Source: a virus. Taken from it: DNA of 40,326 nucleotides. Below, piece by piece: positions 5,304-14,699 of this stretch (position 1 is the stretch's first letter; every line of letters begins with the position of its first letter). The stretch covers positions 1-40,326 of the IMG/VR virus record IMGVR_UViG_3300037422_000319; one strand, 5' to 3'. The notes under the pieces were generated by a model. The model worked only from the letters and a program-made list of their open reading frames with translations, was not told the DNA's origin and made no database searches. The translations under genes were made by a program, and so were the position numbers.

Positions 5304-6666
5304 TTTACTACCAGAACCAATCCGGCAGCGGCGAGAGCTTTTTTGCCTATTACAGGAAAAGAGGCGACGAACGCTCCCAGTAGATCTTTTTGAACGGCAG
5401 TCCCAGGTCAATAGCTCCCTTGACTCAGGTGTGTCCCGAATCGCGCTAGAAGTCGGGAGACGCGGGGGGAAGACCGACTTCCTCATATGGAAGTTAGGGG
5501 ACTTTGCTATAAACGCCCCCCGCGCAAATCTTGCGTATATCGCTAAAACCCTTGATTCTGCAAAGAGTATCGTTTGGTCCAAATTTCAGAAAATGTTCGA
5601 AGGGATTCCGGGAGTAGACTTTAAAGAAGGAACTCTAGAGATTCACTTCTCCAATCACTCAAAAATAAAGCTATACGGCGGCGATAAGGACCCGGATGTT
5701 ATTCGAGGAATGGCGCATCATGGCGTAGTTATTGACGAAGCTGCTCATATAAAGGGCCTTAAATATATTGTCGAAGAGATCGTAGAACCTACTCTTATTG
5801 ATTATGCTGGGTGGCTGGTACTGGCATCTACCCCCTACGGGTATGGCCCATTCTACGAATTTTGTCACTCGCCCCATTGGACATATTTCCACTGGACCGG
5901 CTATGATAATCCCTATATCCCACATCGAGAATTGGATAAGATGAAAGTTAAGTATGGCGAAAATAACGATGTGTGGTTACAGGAATATATGGCTATTCCA
6001 GTTCGCCACTCAGGCCTAGTTTTCTCCAATCTGCGCCCTTACCCACCACATGTTATTTCAGGCAAGGGTTTCGAGCCCAACCCTACTTGGCAGTACATCA
6101 TTGGGTTAGACCCCGGCACCGATGCCCCCACCGGCTTCGGCCTTTTCGCTTACGACCCCTTGAAAGATATCTTGTATTGCTTAAAGGCTAAGAATTTAGT
6201 AGATGCTTCTCTTAATACTATGGAAGCCTTGATTCGAGATGAATTGGTTAAGTATCCAAACTTAATAGCAATTGTAGACCATCACGCCTCTCTAGTCATT
6301 AAAGAACTCGGAAATAGAAAGCTTCCAATCGTGCCTTGTGGCACTAAAGACAGAATGGGCAGTTATAGTCGATTGATTGCTCGTATAGAGAGAGAACGTT
6401 TTGTTATTGTTAGAGAAACTAGTGAGGATCTGCTGACTGAGTGTATGCTTTTAGAATGGAAGCCAGCTCGAGGCGGGGAGAACGATACAAATGGTGTTAT
6501 CGGGAGCGATCATTGCGTAGATATGACTAGGTATGCAAATGAATATTTTTGGTATAAAGAAATTGTAGAAATCGAAGCGGATAAAACTAAGGAATTCATT
6601 GATCCTTTTGAGAAAAAGATCATGGAGGAAATGAATAAAGATAAGGATGACGATTCATGGATGTAA
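5296..6666 (+). CDS. terL: Terminase large subunit
   Basis: Walker A GRRGGKT, Walker B VVIDEAAH, C-terminal RNase H-like nuclease acidic motifs IIGLDPGTD and DHCVDMTRY. Followed by the portal. Confidence 0.9.
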   Translation: MTNLLPEPIRQRRELFCLLQEKRRRTLPVDLFERQSQVNSSLDSGVSRIALEVGRRGGKTDFLIWKLGDFAINAPRANLAYIAKTLDSAKSIVWSKFQKMFEGIPGVDFKEGTLEIHFSNHSKIKLYGGDKDPDVIRGMAHHGVVIDEAAHIKGLKYIVEEIVEPTLIDYAGWLVLASTPYGYGPFYEFCHSPHWTYFHWTGYDNPYIPHRELDKMKVKYGENNDVWLQEYMAIPVRHSGLVFSNLRPYPPHVISGKGFEPNPTWQYIIGLDPGTDAPTGFGLFAYDPLKDILYCLKAKNLVDASLNTMEALIRDELVKYPNLIAIVDHHASLVIKELGNRKLPIVPCGTKDRMGSYSRLIARIERERFVIVRETSEDLLTECMLLEWKPARGGENDTNGVIGSDHCVDMTRYANEYFWYKEIVEIEADKTKEFIDPFEKKIMEEMNKDKDDDSWM

Positions 6667-6878
6667 AAACTATTGCTGAATTAGGACAACTAGTGGATAT
6701 GCTAAGAGAAAAAGGCGTTTATCGTTATGTCTCCCCTGCTTTATCTATTGACATAGCCCCAAATATGTTGTATACTCCCCTCAAGTCCGAAAATCCCCCC
6801 AAAAAGGGCGCTAAAGCGTCCCCTAATAAACAAAAAGAAGCCGACGAGGCTTACGAGTACGGTGAGGAACAAGCTTAA
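6657..6878 (+). CDS. Hypothetical protein (73 aa)
   Basis: Track ORF; ATG overlaps the terminase end and its stop overlaps the portal ATG (TAATG). Confidence 0.55.
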   Translation: MDVKTIAELGQLVDMLREKGVYRYVSPALSIDIAPNMLYTPLKSENPPKKGAKASPNKQKEADEAYEYGEEQA

Positions 6879-8740
6879 TGTCTGTACAATCAATTCGTTC
6901 CGGGTCTTTAAAAGATAAATTCTTTTATGAAGGCCCTAGAGATAAAGTTCATAATGCTATTTGGGAGACTTTTAAGTCGTATAAAAATATTTATAGAAGA
7001 CAGCACACAGAATGGCTTAAGTTGGCTAGACAATACAATAATCGCCAGTGGGACCTAGCGAGTTTCAATTCCTTCTCTCAGGAATCCCACCCGGGTCAAC
7101 TCTCTGGTAATAGAATGACGCTTAACGTTGCCAAGAGTCTAGTAGATATTATCCATTCCCGTATAACCAGCCATCAGCCTGAAACTCTAATCCTCATGGA
7201 AAAGAACAGCCAAAAGGCTGAAAAACAAGTTACCTACGCTAATGCTTTTTTGAGAGAACGTCGTAAGACTTTGAAATTAGAAGGAAAAGAATCTGATACT
7301 TTTCTGGATAGCTGTATTTACGGAACTGGCCTCCTACTAAATTGGTTCAATCCCACTCTCCGCGTTAATGGGAAAAAGATCGGTGAAATTGAAATTAAGA
7401 GAGTCTTACCCTACTACTACATGGTAGAGGATTCGGCAGAGGCAGAGAATTCCAATTGGGGGCTTCTTCTACAATTCGAAAATATTAAGGATCTTAGAGC
7501 CTTATATCCAGAAATAAAGTTTAATGTTGATCAAAATGCCCAGGATTTTCAGAAGTCCCGCCTAGTGGGGGTTAAAAAAGAGACCGTCCCTGTACTTTAT
7601 TTTTGGCATCGAAAGACTGAAGGCATGCCCAATGGCCGTTTCATAAAGTGTACCAATACCGCGACCTTGGAGTATGAAGACTATGATGATGTTGAATTGC
7701 CTGTAAGGGCTCTGCGTTATTCCAGAACTACTAGTGGTTTCTGGGGTATCGGCGTCTCCCATACCGTTAAGAGCCTCCAAATCGAGATTAATAAGATGCT
7801 TTGGCACATTAGCCAAAACCAGAATTTTCACGGGCGTCCAAGAATTGCGATTGAAAAGGGAAGCAATGTATTTCCTGAGTCTATAGCCAACGGCTTGGGT
7901 TACGTGGAGTATACGAATAAGCCTCCGACTCCATTGGTATTTAATCCAACTCCCCCAGAGGTGTTTGCTCATTTTGGTACTTTGATTGAACGGGCGTACC
8001 TTGAAAATGGTATATCCTTATCTTCTGTTACTGGAGAACCTACCCCTGCAATGCGATCGGCGGCTGCTCTAGAGAGTGTAACTGAGCGAGAAAACAAGAG
8101 ATTTGCCCGTACTCTTCTTGACTATGAAATGTTTAAGCTGGAGAACTCGTCAAGAGTTATGAGGCTGGCCAAGAAGAATTATAAGAAGGATGATGAGCGC
8201 TGGTTCAAGGTTATCGTAGATGCTAAACGCTATGAAAAAATTGCGTTTGATCAGATCGAGGCCGGAGATGAGGATTATCACTTCAGGCTATCTAGCATGA
8301 GTTCTTTTGGAAATACTAAGGCCGGACAACATCAGACTATTCTTAACTACGTCCAAGCAGGATTAATTAAAGATCCTTCAGAAATACTTGATTTACTTCA
8401 ACTTCCTAATGAGGATCGCATATTTGATACTGTTTTACGAGATCAGAAGATCGCTAGAGAAGAAAACATCCGCATGCTGGATGGTGAATCCGTAGAGGTT
8501 CTGGAATGGGAAGATCATGAGATCCATCTCAAGGAACACTTTGCTTTTGCTAAAGAAAATAAGTTTGATCCCAATTTCCCGGATGCTAGGCCCCAGTTCG
8601 ATGAGCACATAAGACAACATCTTGCTCAGAGAGCTAAAGCCCAGCAAGGTCAGGCAAATCAGGTTGCTGCCGGAAATGCATCAGAACAGCTTCAAGAACA
8701 GGCTGCTCAGGCGCAGGCCCCAACACCAAATCAAGGCTAA
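6878..8740 (+). CDS. Portal protein (by size and position)
   Basis: 620-aa ORF between terminase and scaffold/capsid, with a Q/A-rich acidic C-terminal tail. Confidence 0.7.
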   Translation: MSVQSIRSGSLKDKFFYEGPRDKVHNAIWETFKSYKNIYRRQHTEWLKLARQYNNRQWDLASFNSFSQESHPGQLSGNRMTLNVAKSLVDIIHSRITSHQPETLILMEKNSQKAEKQVTYANAFLRERRKTLKLEGKESDTFLDSCIYGTGLLLNWFNPTLRVNGKKIGEIEIKRVLPYYYMVEDSAEAENSNWGLLLQFENIKDLRALYPEIKFNVDQNAQDFQKSRLVGVKKETVPVLYFWHRKTEGMPNGRFIKCTNTATLEYEDYDDVELPVRALRYSRTTSGFWGIGVSHTVKSLQIEINKMLWHISQNQNFHGRPRIAIEKGSNVFPESIANGLGYVEYTNKPPTPLVFNPTPPEVFAHFGTLIERAYLENGISLSSVTGEPTPAMRSAAALESVTERENKRFARTLLDYEMFKLENSSRVMRLAKKNYKKDDERWFKVIVDAKRYEKIAFDQIEAGDEDYHFRLSSMSSFGNTKAGQHQTILNYVQAGLIKDPSEILDLLQLPNEDRIFDTVLRDQKIAREENIRMLDGESVEVLEWEDHEIHLKEHFAFAKENKFDPNFPDARPQFDEHIRQHLAQRAKAQQGQANQVAAGNASEQLQEQAAQAQAPTPNQG

Positions 8741-8779
8741 TATAAAATATTCCTTGACAAAACCTAGGAGATATAGTAT

Positions 8780-9550
8780 ATGTCTAAAGAACAAGCTTCA
8801 CAGACCAAAACGGCTTCTGAAGCTAAGAAGGATGAGACCCACTCAGGCTCTGCCCCTCAAGACATACAGGCTCAATTAGATGAGCTAAAGCGTGGTTTTT
8901 CCCGGCTAGGCAATAGGGAACAAGCATTAATCGAACGCGAGGCTGCCTTAGACTCTGTGCTTAAAGAGCATAAAGAGCTGAAAACAAAGGTAGAAAGAGC
9001 TGAGCTAATTGAGAAGATGCTCATTGACAATCCTTACGAAGCCTATAAAATCGCAGGCGGAAATCCCACTCAAATCCACTCAAAAGTTGCTTCGGGCGTC
9101 GCTGAGGACGATCCGGCTCAGGTTAAGTTGAAAAGTCTTGAACAGACTATTTCAAAATTAACTAATACAGTCGAACAGTTAACTCAGAAAGAGCTTAAAG
9201 AGCAACAGGCTAAAGCACAGCAGACGTTTATTAGTCAAGTGGAACAGATAACTAAGAGTTATCCAATGGTTAGCGATCTAGATGGAAGTGTCGAAATCGT
9301 TAAGCAGGTTCTTCAGAGCGCTAAATCTGAAGGCAAAGAACTTTCTGTTGAAGATGCTGTAAAGCAGGTAAACGAGGAAGTTAAAAGTAGAGTAGCCAAA
9401 TTGGCTTCTCATTTGCCTCCCGATCAGCGACCTACAGAGCCAAAAGATGAAAAACCTTCTGGCCCACTTTCTATTAAGAATGCAAAAGAAAGGGCTATGG
9501 CACAAGCTAGGAGCTTGGCTGAAAAGCGGAAGGCAGATAAAAAAGGTTAA
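8780..9550 (+). CDS. Scaffolding protein (by position and composition)
   Basis: Highly charged, E/K/Q-rich coiled-coil 256-aa ORF directly upstream of the capsid gene. AGGAGA lies 8 nt before the ATG. Confidence 0.6.
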   Translation: MSKEQASQTKTASEAKKDETHSGSAPQDIQAQLDELKRGFSRLGNREQALIEREAALDSVLKEHKELKTKVERAELIEKMLIDNPYEAYKIAGGNPTQIHSKVASGVAEDDPAQVKLKSLEQTISKLTNTVEQLTQKELKEQQAKAQQTFISQVEQITKSYPMVSDLDGSVEIVKQVLQSAKSEGKELSVEDAVKQVNEEVKSRVAKLASHLPPDQRPTEPKDEKPSGPLSIKNAKERAMAQARSLAEKRKADKKG

Positions 9551-9555
9551 TTTAA

Positions 9556-10749
9556 ATGTACGATTTAACAGAAGCGGATGCGGTACTTAAAGAGAATTAC
9601 AATGACGACGTAGTCTCTGATGCGGTTCCGAAATCCCATCCATTACTATTTCACGTCCCAAAAGAAGAAAGTTTTACCGGCGAAGCTTGGATTGAGCCGA
9701 TTAAGATTTCTAACGTCCAGAGCATTGGGTCAGGCGCAGCATCCTTCTCGGATCTAGTGTCTTCTCCAGGAAACTCTGAAACCCGTAAGTTTATTCTTAC
9801 TTCCACAAAGCATTACGGAACGATTCAAATCGACCGTGAAACAATGCTTGCTTCAGCTAATAATGTCGGAGCATTTGTAGACGCCCTTGATTATGAAGTA
9901 AATAACATGATAGATGGCATTGGTCAGAACTTTGGTCGTCAACTTTATGGAGACGGTACGGGCCAATTAGGCGTTGTTTCTGCGATTGCACTCGGTGTTA
10001 TCACCTTGTCTAATCCAGCGGATAGCGTGAATTTCGAAGTTGGTATGAAACTTGATTCGTTTACCTCCGTGGGAGTTGCTCAGGATGCGGATTTAGTTGT
10101 TACCAAAGTGGATGAATCGGCAGGACTTATTACAGTATCGGGCGCAGCTGCAACAGCACCTACAGATCTTTTGTATCGCGCTAATAGCAAAGATCAAGAA
10201 CTTAAAGGTCTTTCTGCATGGCTGCCTACAGCCGTTCCATCTGCAACTCCTTTTTATGGCGTTGACAGAACAGAATCTTCGAGACTCTATGGTCAGTTTC
10301 AAAACGGATCATCGGGCGACTTGGACGATCTAATTCTGAAAATGCTTATGAAAGTTAACAAGCAAGCTGGAAAAGTTTCTCATATCTTCATGAGCTTTGA
10401 ACGCTATTCCAACTACTTGGCAACAAACCATGACAGAATTAGAATCCTTAGTCCAGTAGACAATGCAAGCATTGGCTTTCCTGGAGTTCAGGTTTCTACG
10501 CCTTACGGCAATTGCGAAATCTACGCAGATCGCTATTGCCCAGATAGCAGAGTCTACCTTTTGACAATGTCTTCTTGGAGACTTGTCAGCCGAGGTAAAC
10601 TTGTGCAATGGATTTCAGAAGACGGAGCTACAATTCTCCGCGCTTCTAGCTCGGACGCCTTTCAAGGTCGTTCGGCATCCTATTGCTTCTTAAGCTGCCG
10701 GGCGCCTATCGCTAATGCGGTAATCCACAGCTTACCTTCTGCTTACTAA
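9556..10749 (+). CDS. Major capsid protein (by position; followed by a strong hairpin)
   Basis: 397-aa ORF after the scaffold. A stable stem-loop lies immediately downstream, as is common after highly expressed capsid genes. Confidence 0.7.
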   Translation: MYDLTEADAVLKENYNDDVVSDAVPKSHPLLFHVPKEESFTGEAWIEPIKISNVQSIGSGAASFSDLVSSPGNSETRKFILTSTKHYGTIQIDRETMLASANNVGAFVDALDYEVNNMIDGIGQNFGRQLYGDGTGQLGVVSAIALGVITLSNPADSVNFEVGMKLDSFTSVGVAQDADLVVTKVDESAGLITVSGAAATAPTDLLYRANSKDQELKGLSAWLPTAVPSATPFYGVDRTESSRLYGQFQNGSSGDLDDLILKMLMKVNKQAGKVSHIFMSFERYSNYLATNHDRIRILSPVDNASIGFPGVQVSTPYGNCEIYADRYCPDSRVYLLTMSSWRLVSRGKLVQWISEDGATILRASSSDAFQGRSASYCFLSCRAPIANAVIHSLPSAY

Positions 10750-10757
10750 TTAGATTA

Positions 10758-10800
10758 GAGGGGGCCTTTATTGGCCCCCTCCTCTAACTATTTTAAGGTT
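10758..10800 (+). terminator. Stem-loop (9-bp GC-rich stem GAGGGGGCC / GGCCCCCTC, 6-nt loop) with a T-rich tail; probable partial terminator after the capsid gene
   Basis: Stem arms at 10758-10766 and 10773-10781. tatttt and gtttt follow within 20 nt, so the U-tract is not immediately adjacent. Confidence 0.6.
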
Positions 10801-10805
10801 TTATC

Positions 10806-11063
10806 ATGAAAAAACTAAATTCAAAAAAGCCAGGTAATCGCGGAAAGAGTAAACCTTTTGGCGGCATGCCTCGCGAAGGATCGACGCCTTCTGAAACTCC
10901 AGGGTCTCCTCCTTCTAAGCACGGCAAACCTCTTAAGGAATTTCAATCTGAAAAGCTCGATAAAATGAACGGGGTTCCTAACGAAGATCCAGCAACCCCT
11001 AAGCCAAAAAAGCCCAAGCTTCTTAGATTTGATGCTCCCGGCTGCAAATACGAATTGGAGTAA
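10806..11063 (+). CDS. Hypothetical basic Pro/Lys-rich protein (85 aa)
   Basis: Track ORF in the structural operon. Confidence 0.5.
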   Translation: MKKLNSKKPGNRGKSKPFGGMPREGSTPSETPGSPPSKHGKPLKEFQSEKLDKMNGVPNEDPATPKPKKPKLLRFDAPGCKYELE

Positions 11064-11066
11064 TCC

Positions 11067-11474
11067 ATGGCCGAAAAACGAATTGGCTACCCTATTACAG
11101 AAAGTCGTAATGCGGCTAGCACAAATATTCCTACAACTTACGCGGGAGCGGGCTCTACGCTATTGGATATTTCGGTTGCTGAGAAACAATGGCAGGATGC
11201 AGAAGTAGGAGCCGTAAGCTCTCAAACACAATCTCTTCCTGCTGGACGAGAGCGAAAAGTACATATAGCTGTAGTTAATCTCACAGGCACAGACATTGCT
11301 TTATCCTTTAGGCCTACTGACTCTTTACCTGCAGCCAGTATTCCAAGAGATGATCTAATTATCCCTGCGGGTAGCGCTGAAACCTTTGATGAAATGTACA
11401 TGGGTCATTTAATTCGTGTTAGATCAACAGGCGTAGCTATCGTAGCAGGAACGGTTAAAATAACTGTTTGGTAA
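11067..11474 (+). CDS. Hypothetical virion-associated protein (135 aa)
   Basis: Track ORF in the structural operon, tightly spaced. Confidence 0.55.
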   Translation: MAEKRIGYPITESRNAASTNIPTTYAGAGSTLLDISVAEKQWQDAEVGAVSSQTQSLPAGRERKVHIAVVNLTGTDIALSFRPTDSLPAASIPRDDLIIPAGSAETFDEMYMGHLIRVRSTGVAIVAGTVKITVW

Positions 11475-11479
11475 TATAA

Positions 11480-12763
11480 ATGAGCTATATTCAATTGCCT
11501 CCTAACGGGGCAGCTATTAGTCATGGAACATTGGCAGGTTTAGGGAATGATGATCACTCCCAATACCCCTTATTGATTGGACGATCCGGAGGCCAAAATC
11601 TTATTGGAGGCATAGATGCATTTGATGATCTTATTTTAGAATCTACTTCAAATGTACTAAAGGGAGCTGTAAATATAGCTTCAGGCTCTCCCTTATATTT
11701 ATTGGATAGCGGCAATCCAACCTCTAGAATTTATAGCGACACGGGAGGGGATACCGGAGCGCTTAGAATTGACAATGATGCATCAGGTATTGATTCATTA
11801 CTAGCTTTAACATCATTTGACTCTTTAGGACTTACTAGCGTTTTTATTGATATTTATGGTTTACTGTCTCCCGGAGCTGCCAATTTTGAAGCCATGACTA
11901 TAGGGTATGATGCCGGAGCTGGCTGTAATGCCATATATTCTAGCGCGGCAGGCTCTGGAATTCTTCGAGACATACAAATTAAAACAGACGCTGACAGTTC
12001 CCTTTTAGTTCGCGCTGATGGCGGAATTGATATGTTAGTTTCTGGGGCGGATGCTCGAGTTACTATCAACCCCGATGGTGATATTGACATTCACGCTAGA
12101 AACGTTGCAACAGGGATTGGTGAAGATACTGTTATTCGAGGCGGTAGTAGTCCTGATGATGCAGGCGGCGATGTTCTTATTTTTGGCGGAGCAAGTTCTA
12201 TTGATAATGGAGGTTCTGTAAGATTAGCGGGGGGAACTGGCGGAGCTAATGAAGGAAGTGTTTTCTTTGACAGTTTAGCGGTTTTTAACGAGGGCCTTGA
12301 CATAAATAGTAGTAGTCTTGATGTTTCTACATCAAATAGCGGCGCTACGAATACCATTTCAGTTGAAAATTCCTCAAATACGGCTAGTTCGAATGCTTCT
12401 GTTTTTATCCAAACTCTCGGAGCTTCTAGCGGCAATCCTTTTCTAAGGTTCAGTGCAACAGGGGCTACCCCGGCTTCTTGGGTAATGGGCATAGAAAGAG
12501 GCTCAAGTCGTTTTAGAATGGGGGCGGCTTTAGCTTTAACAGGGGGCTCTTATGCTCTTGAATTTGATGATAGCAATAATACAACTATTAATGGTGCAAT
12601 AGACCATAATGGAACTACGATAGGATTTTTTGGCACTGCGCCAGCCGCTCAACCTGCCGCAATAGCAGATGCGTCCGGAGGAGCAATAATCGATGCTGAA
12701 GCTAGAACAGCTATTAATGCGTTATTAGCTGCTGTGCGAACACTTGGTGTTATAGACACTTAA
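11480..12763 (+). CDS. Tail fibre / receptor-binding protein 1
   Basis: N-terminal HGTLAGLGNDDHSQYP motif. Gly/Ser/Asp-rich beta-type body. C-terminal FFGTAPAAQPAAI...AINALLAAVRTLGVIDT tail, which I recall from phage fibre proteins. Confidence 0.65.
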   Translation: MSYIQLPPNGAAISHGTLAGLGNDDHSQYPLLIGRSGGQNLIGGIDAFDDLILESTSNVLKGAVNIASGSPLYLLDSGNPTSRIYSDTGGDTGALRIDNDASGIDSLLALTSFDSLGLTSVFIDIYGLLSPGAANFEAMTIGYDAGAGCNAIYSSAAGSGILRDIQIKTDADSSLLVRADGGIDMLVSGADARVTINPDGDIDIHARNVATGIGEDTVIRGGSSPDDAGGDVLIFGGASSIDNGGSVRLAGGTGGANEGSVFFDSLAVFNEGLDINSSSLDVSTSNSGATNTISVENSSNTASSNASVFIQTLGASSGNPFLRFSATGATPASWVMGIERGSSRFRMGAALALTGGSYALEFDDSNNTTINGAIDHNGTTIGFFGTAPAAQPAAIADASGGAIIDAEARTAINALLAAVRTLGVIDT

Positions 12764-12764
12764 T

Positions 12765-12872
12765 ATGTTGTCCATTATTATTCATAATTTATATCATTTA
12801 ACTATGATTGTATGTGCAATTGTAGGATTAATAATTATCTACAAAAAGTTAGATATTGAAAGGAAAAAATAA
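12765..12872 (+). CDS. Small hydrophobic peptide (35 aa), not in the ORF track
   Basis: ATG at 12765 lies 1 nt after the fibre stop. Translation: MLSIIIHNLYHLTMIVCAIVGLIIIYKKLDIERKK. TAA 12870-12872 lies 2 nt before the next ATG. Exactly fills an AT-rich gap. Confidence 0.35.
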   Translation: MLSIIIHNLYHLTMIVCAIVGLIIIYKKLDIERKK

Positions 12873-12874
12873 AT

Positions 12875-13561
12875 ATGGCTCTTGGAATTAAAATTGCTCA
12901 TGCTGATAGAGTATTAAGAACTAGTAAGGGAATGACGATAGTATCAGAAGGCAGCAGCCCGTGCCCTACTGTAAAATCCCCAGCAGTTGATGCACCTGTA
13001 CCTCCAGGTCAATTCAATTCATTTAGATGGAATGGAATTGGATTTTCATTTGCTAGTGGATCGAGCGTAGGTGACCAAACACTGGGTGAAGTTGCAATGA
13101 TTGAAGGAACTACTAGTCTTAGCGCTTTAATGCTTGGACCGGATGTAGTCGGATCTTGCGAAATTTCTCTATATAATAGCGCCGGAGAAAAAACATTTAC
13201 TTTGAGAGAACCGGTTGATTATAGAGGAGAGTTCGCAACTTCAAATCTTAGTAAAGCTTTTGGATTTCTTTTGCGATACAGATCAGTAGAGTCTCTTACA
13301 CAAGTTGACGGAGACAGCGCAGGAGAAAATGAAAATACAAGTCATTTAGCTTTATTGGATATCAATGAAACTAACTATTCTTCTGGAAAAGTGGTAGTAC
13401 GCTTAAGCGGAGGTTGGCCTAAAGGTGTTATAAATCAACTCTATATCGCACCCTTTAGTTGTTTTATCCCTGCTGACGATCTTGAAGTGACCTTTTACGG
13501 AGCAACCATAACAGGTCACGGCTACATGGAATTACATGTTCCATTTGTAATTGCTGAATAA
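12875..13561 (+). CDS. Hypothetical structural protein (228 aa)
   Basis: Track ORF between fibre gene 1 and the M15 peptidase. Confidence 0.55.
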   Translation: MALGIKIAHADRVLRTSKGMTIVSEGSSPCPTVKSPAVDAPVPPGQFNSFRWNGIGFSFASGSSVGDQTLGEVAMIEGTTSLSALMLGPDVVGSCEISLYNSAGEKTFTLREPVDYRGEFATSNLSKAFGFLLRYRSVESLTQVDGDSAGENENTSHLALLDINETNYSSGKVVVRLSGGWPKGVINQLYIAPFSCFIPADDLEVTFYGATITGHGYMELHVPFVIAE

Positions 13562-13576
13562 AGGGGTTTAAAATCC

Positions 13577-13981
13577 ATGGTTCTTCGGCTTAGAAGAGGC
13601 GCTAGAGAAAAGCTTTCGACGCACTTCAATTCTGAAGAATTCGACTGCCATTGCAAGAATCGCGACTGCGACTCTACGCTAGTTGATACTAATTTAATAG
13701 CAAATCTGGAGGTTCTTAGAAACATTCTGGGGGGCATTAAGCTTGCGATCAGTAGCGGCTATCGTTGCGAAAAACACAATAAAGCGATCGGCGGAGAACT
13801 CGACAGCCAACATACTTATGGCAAAGCCGCCGATTTGGTATCAGCCACAGTTAAACCAAAAGTAATTGCTGATGCAACTGAATTAGTTCCCGGTTTTGTT
13901 GTCGGAGGGGTAGGAAGATACCCCTCTTTTACACATGTAGATGTAAGAAGCGGAAAAGCGCGTTGGGGCTCAAATGGCTAA
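13577..13981 (+). CDS. Peptidase M15 (VanY / D-Ala-D-Ala carboxypeptidase-like) cell-wall hydrolase; candidate endolysin or virion lysin
   Basis: SGYRCEKHNKAIGGELDSQHTYGKAADL ... FTHVDVR gives the H-x6-D ... H zinc-ligand pattern of the Peptidase_M15 families. Confidence 0.8.
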   Translation: MVLRLRRGAREKLSTHFNSEEFDCHCKNRDCDSTLVDTNLIANLEVLRNILGGIKLAISSGYRCEKHNKAIGGELDSQHTYGKAADLVSATVKPKVIADATELVPGFVVGGVGRYPSFTHVDVRSGKARWGSNG

Positions 13982-14699
13982 GGCAAACCTATTAGATCTA
14001 AGAAATCGAGCCAAAGACTGCGCTGATTTAGAAGACAGCGCATTCATTTCAGACGAAATGTGGGATAGCTATGTTAACGATGGCTATAAAAAACTTTATG
14101 CTTTGATTCTTAGCGTTCATGAAGATTACTTTCTTACCAGTGAAATAATTACCCTTATTGGCAGTCAGCAAGACTATACGTTAGATAGCACCTTTTTTAA
14201 GATAAAAGGGGTTGATTTGAATCCCGGAGGCGATACTCGAAACTCCATTACGGTTTATCCGTATCAGTGGGAAGAGAGAAATCGCTATAAGTATAATCAA
14301 CTATATAGCAATTTGATACTAGGAAACTCTTATCGATATCGCCTCATGGGAGGGGATACTCTGCGTGTAGTACCAGCTCCTTCTATAACGAATTCTGATA
14401 CTATGACTATATGGTTTATACCTGACGTTACTCCTCTAGCTCTGGATACTGATCAAGTAGTAACCGAGGAGTTATTTGATGAATATATTATTTTATACGC
14501 TGCACGGAGAGCTTACCTAAAAGAAGAATCTGATTCTAAAACATTAGATACGCTTTTTAAAGAAACAGCGGATATGGTTGTACAAACGGCTTCTAGTAGA
14601 AATGTTAATATGGCTAGACGTCCAGCACAAATGTATGACGATTATGAAGGTCTTATGGATTATAGAAGCGTTTATCCTGATGGAGAAGGAACCTATTAA
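13974..14699 (+). CDS. Hypothetical tail/adaptor-region structural protein (241 aa)
   Basis: Track ORF, overlapping starts and stops with both neighbours. Function only guessed from position. Confidence 0.5.
   Translation: MAKANLLDLRNRAKDCADLEDSAFISDEMWDSYVNDGYKKLYALILSVHEDYFLTSEIITLIGSQQDYTLDSTFFKIKGVDLNPGGDTRNSITVYPYQWEERNRYKYNQLYSNLILGNSYRYRLMGGDTLRVVPAPSITNSDTMTIWFIPDVTPLALDTDQVVTEELFDEYIILYAARRAYLKEESDSKTLDTLFKETADMVVQTASSRNVNMARRPAQMYDDYEGLMDYRSVYPDGEGTY

Noticed and set aside
5259-8647. Minus- and plus-strand nested ORFs within the terminase and portal genes (5259..5582, 5671..5925, 5973..6191, 7562..7972, 8435..8647, 8622..8879)
   Set aside because: They are nested in or antisense to genes with strong motif or positional support, and nothing independent supports them.
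8753-8779. TTGACA upstream of the scaffold gene as a promoter
   Set aside because: Only 21 nt separate it from the ATG. The TATAGT-like hexamer would be 12 nt from the -35. The intervening AGGAGA is simply the ribosome-binding site.
11854-12492. Minus-strand ORFs 11854..12090 and 12091..12492 inside fibre gene 1
   Set aside because: They are antisense to a long, well-packed structural gene, with low-complexity Pro/Ala/Ser translations typical of the reverse frame of Gly/Ser/Ala-rich genes. No SD or operon context.
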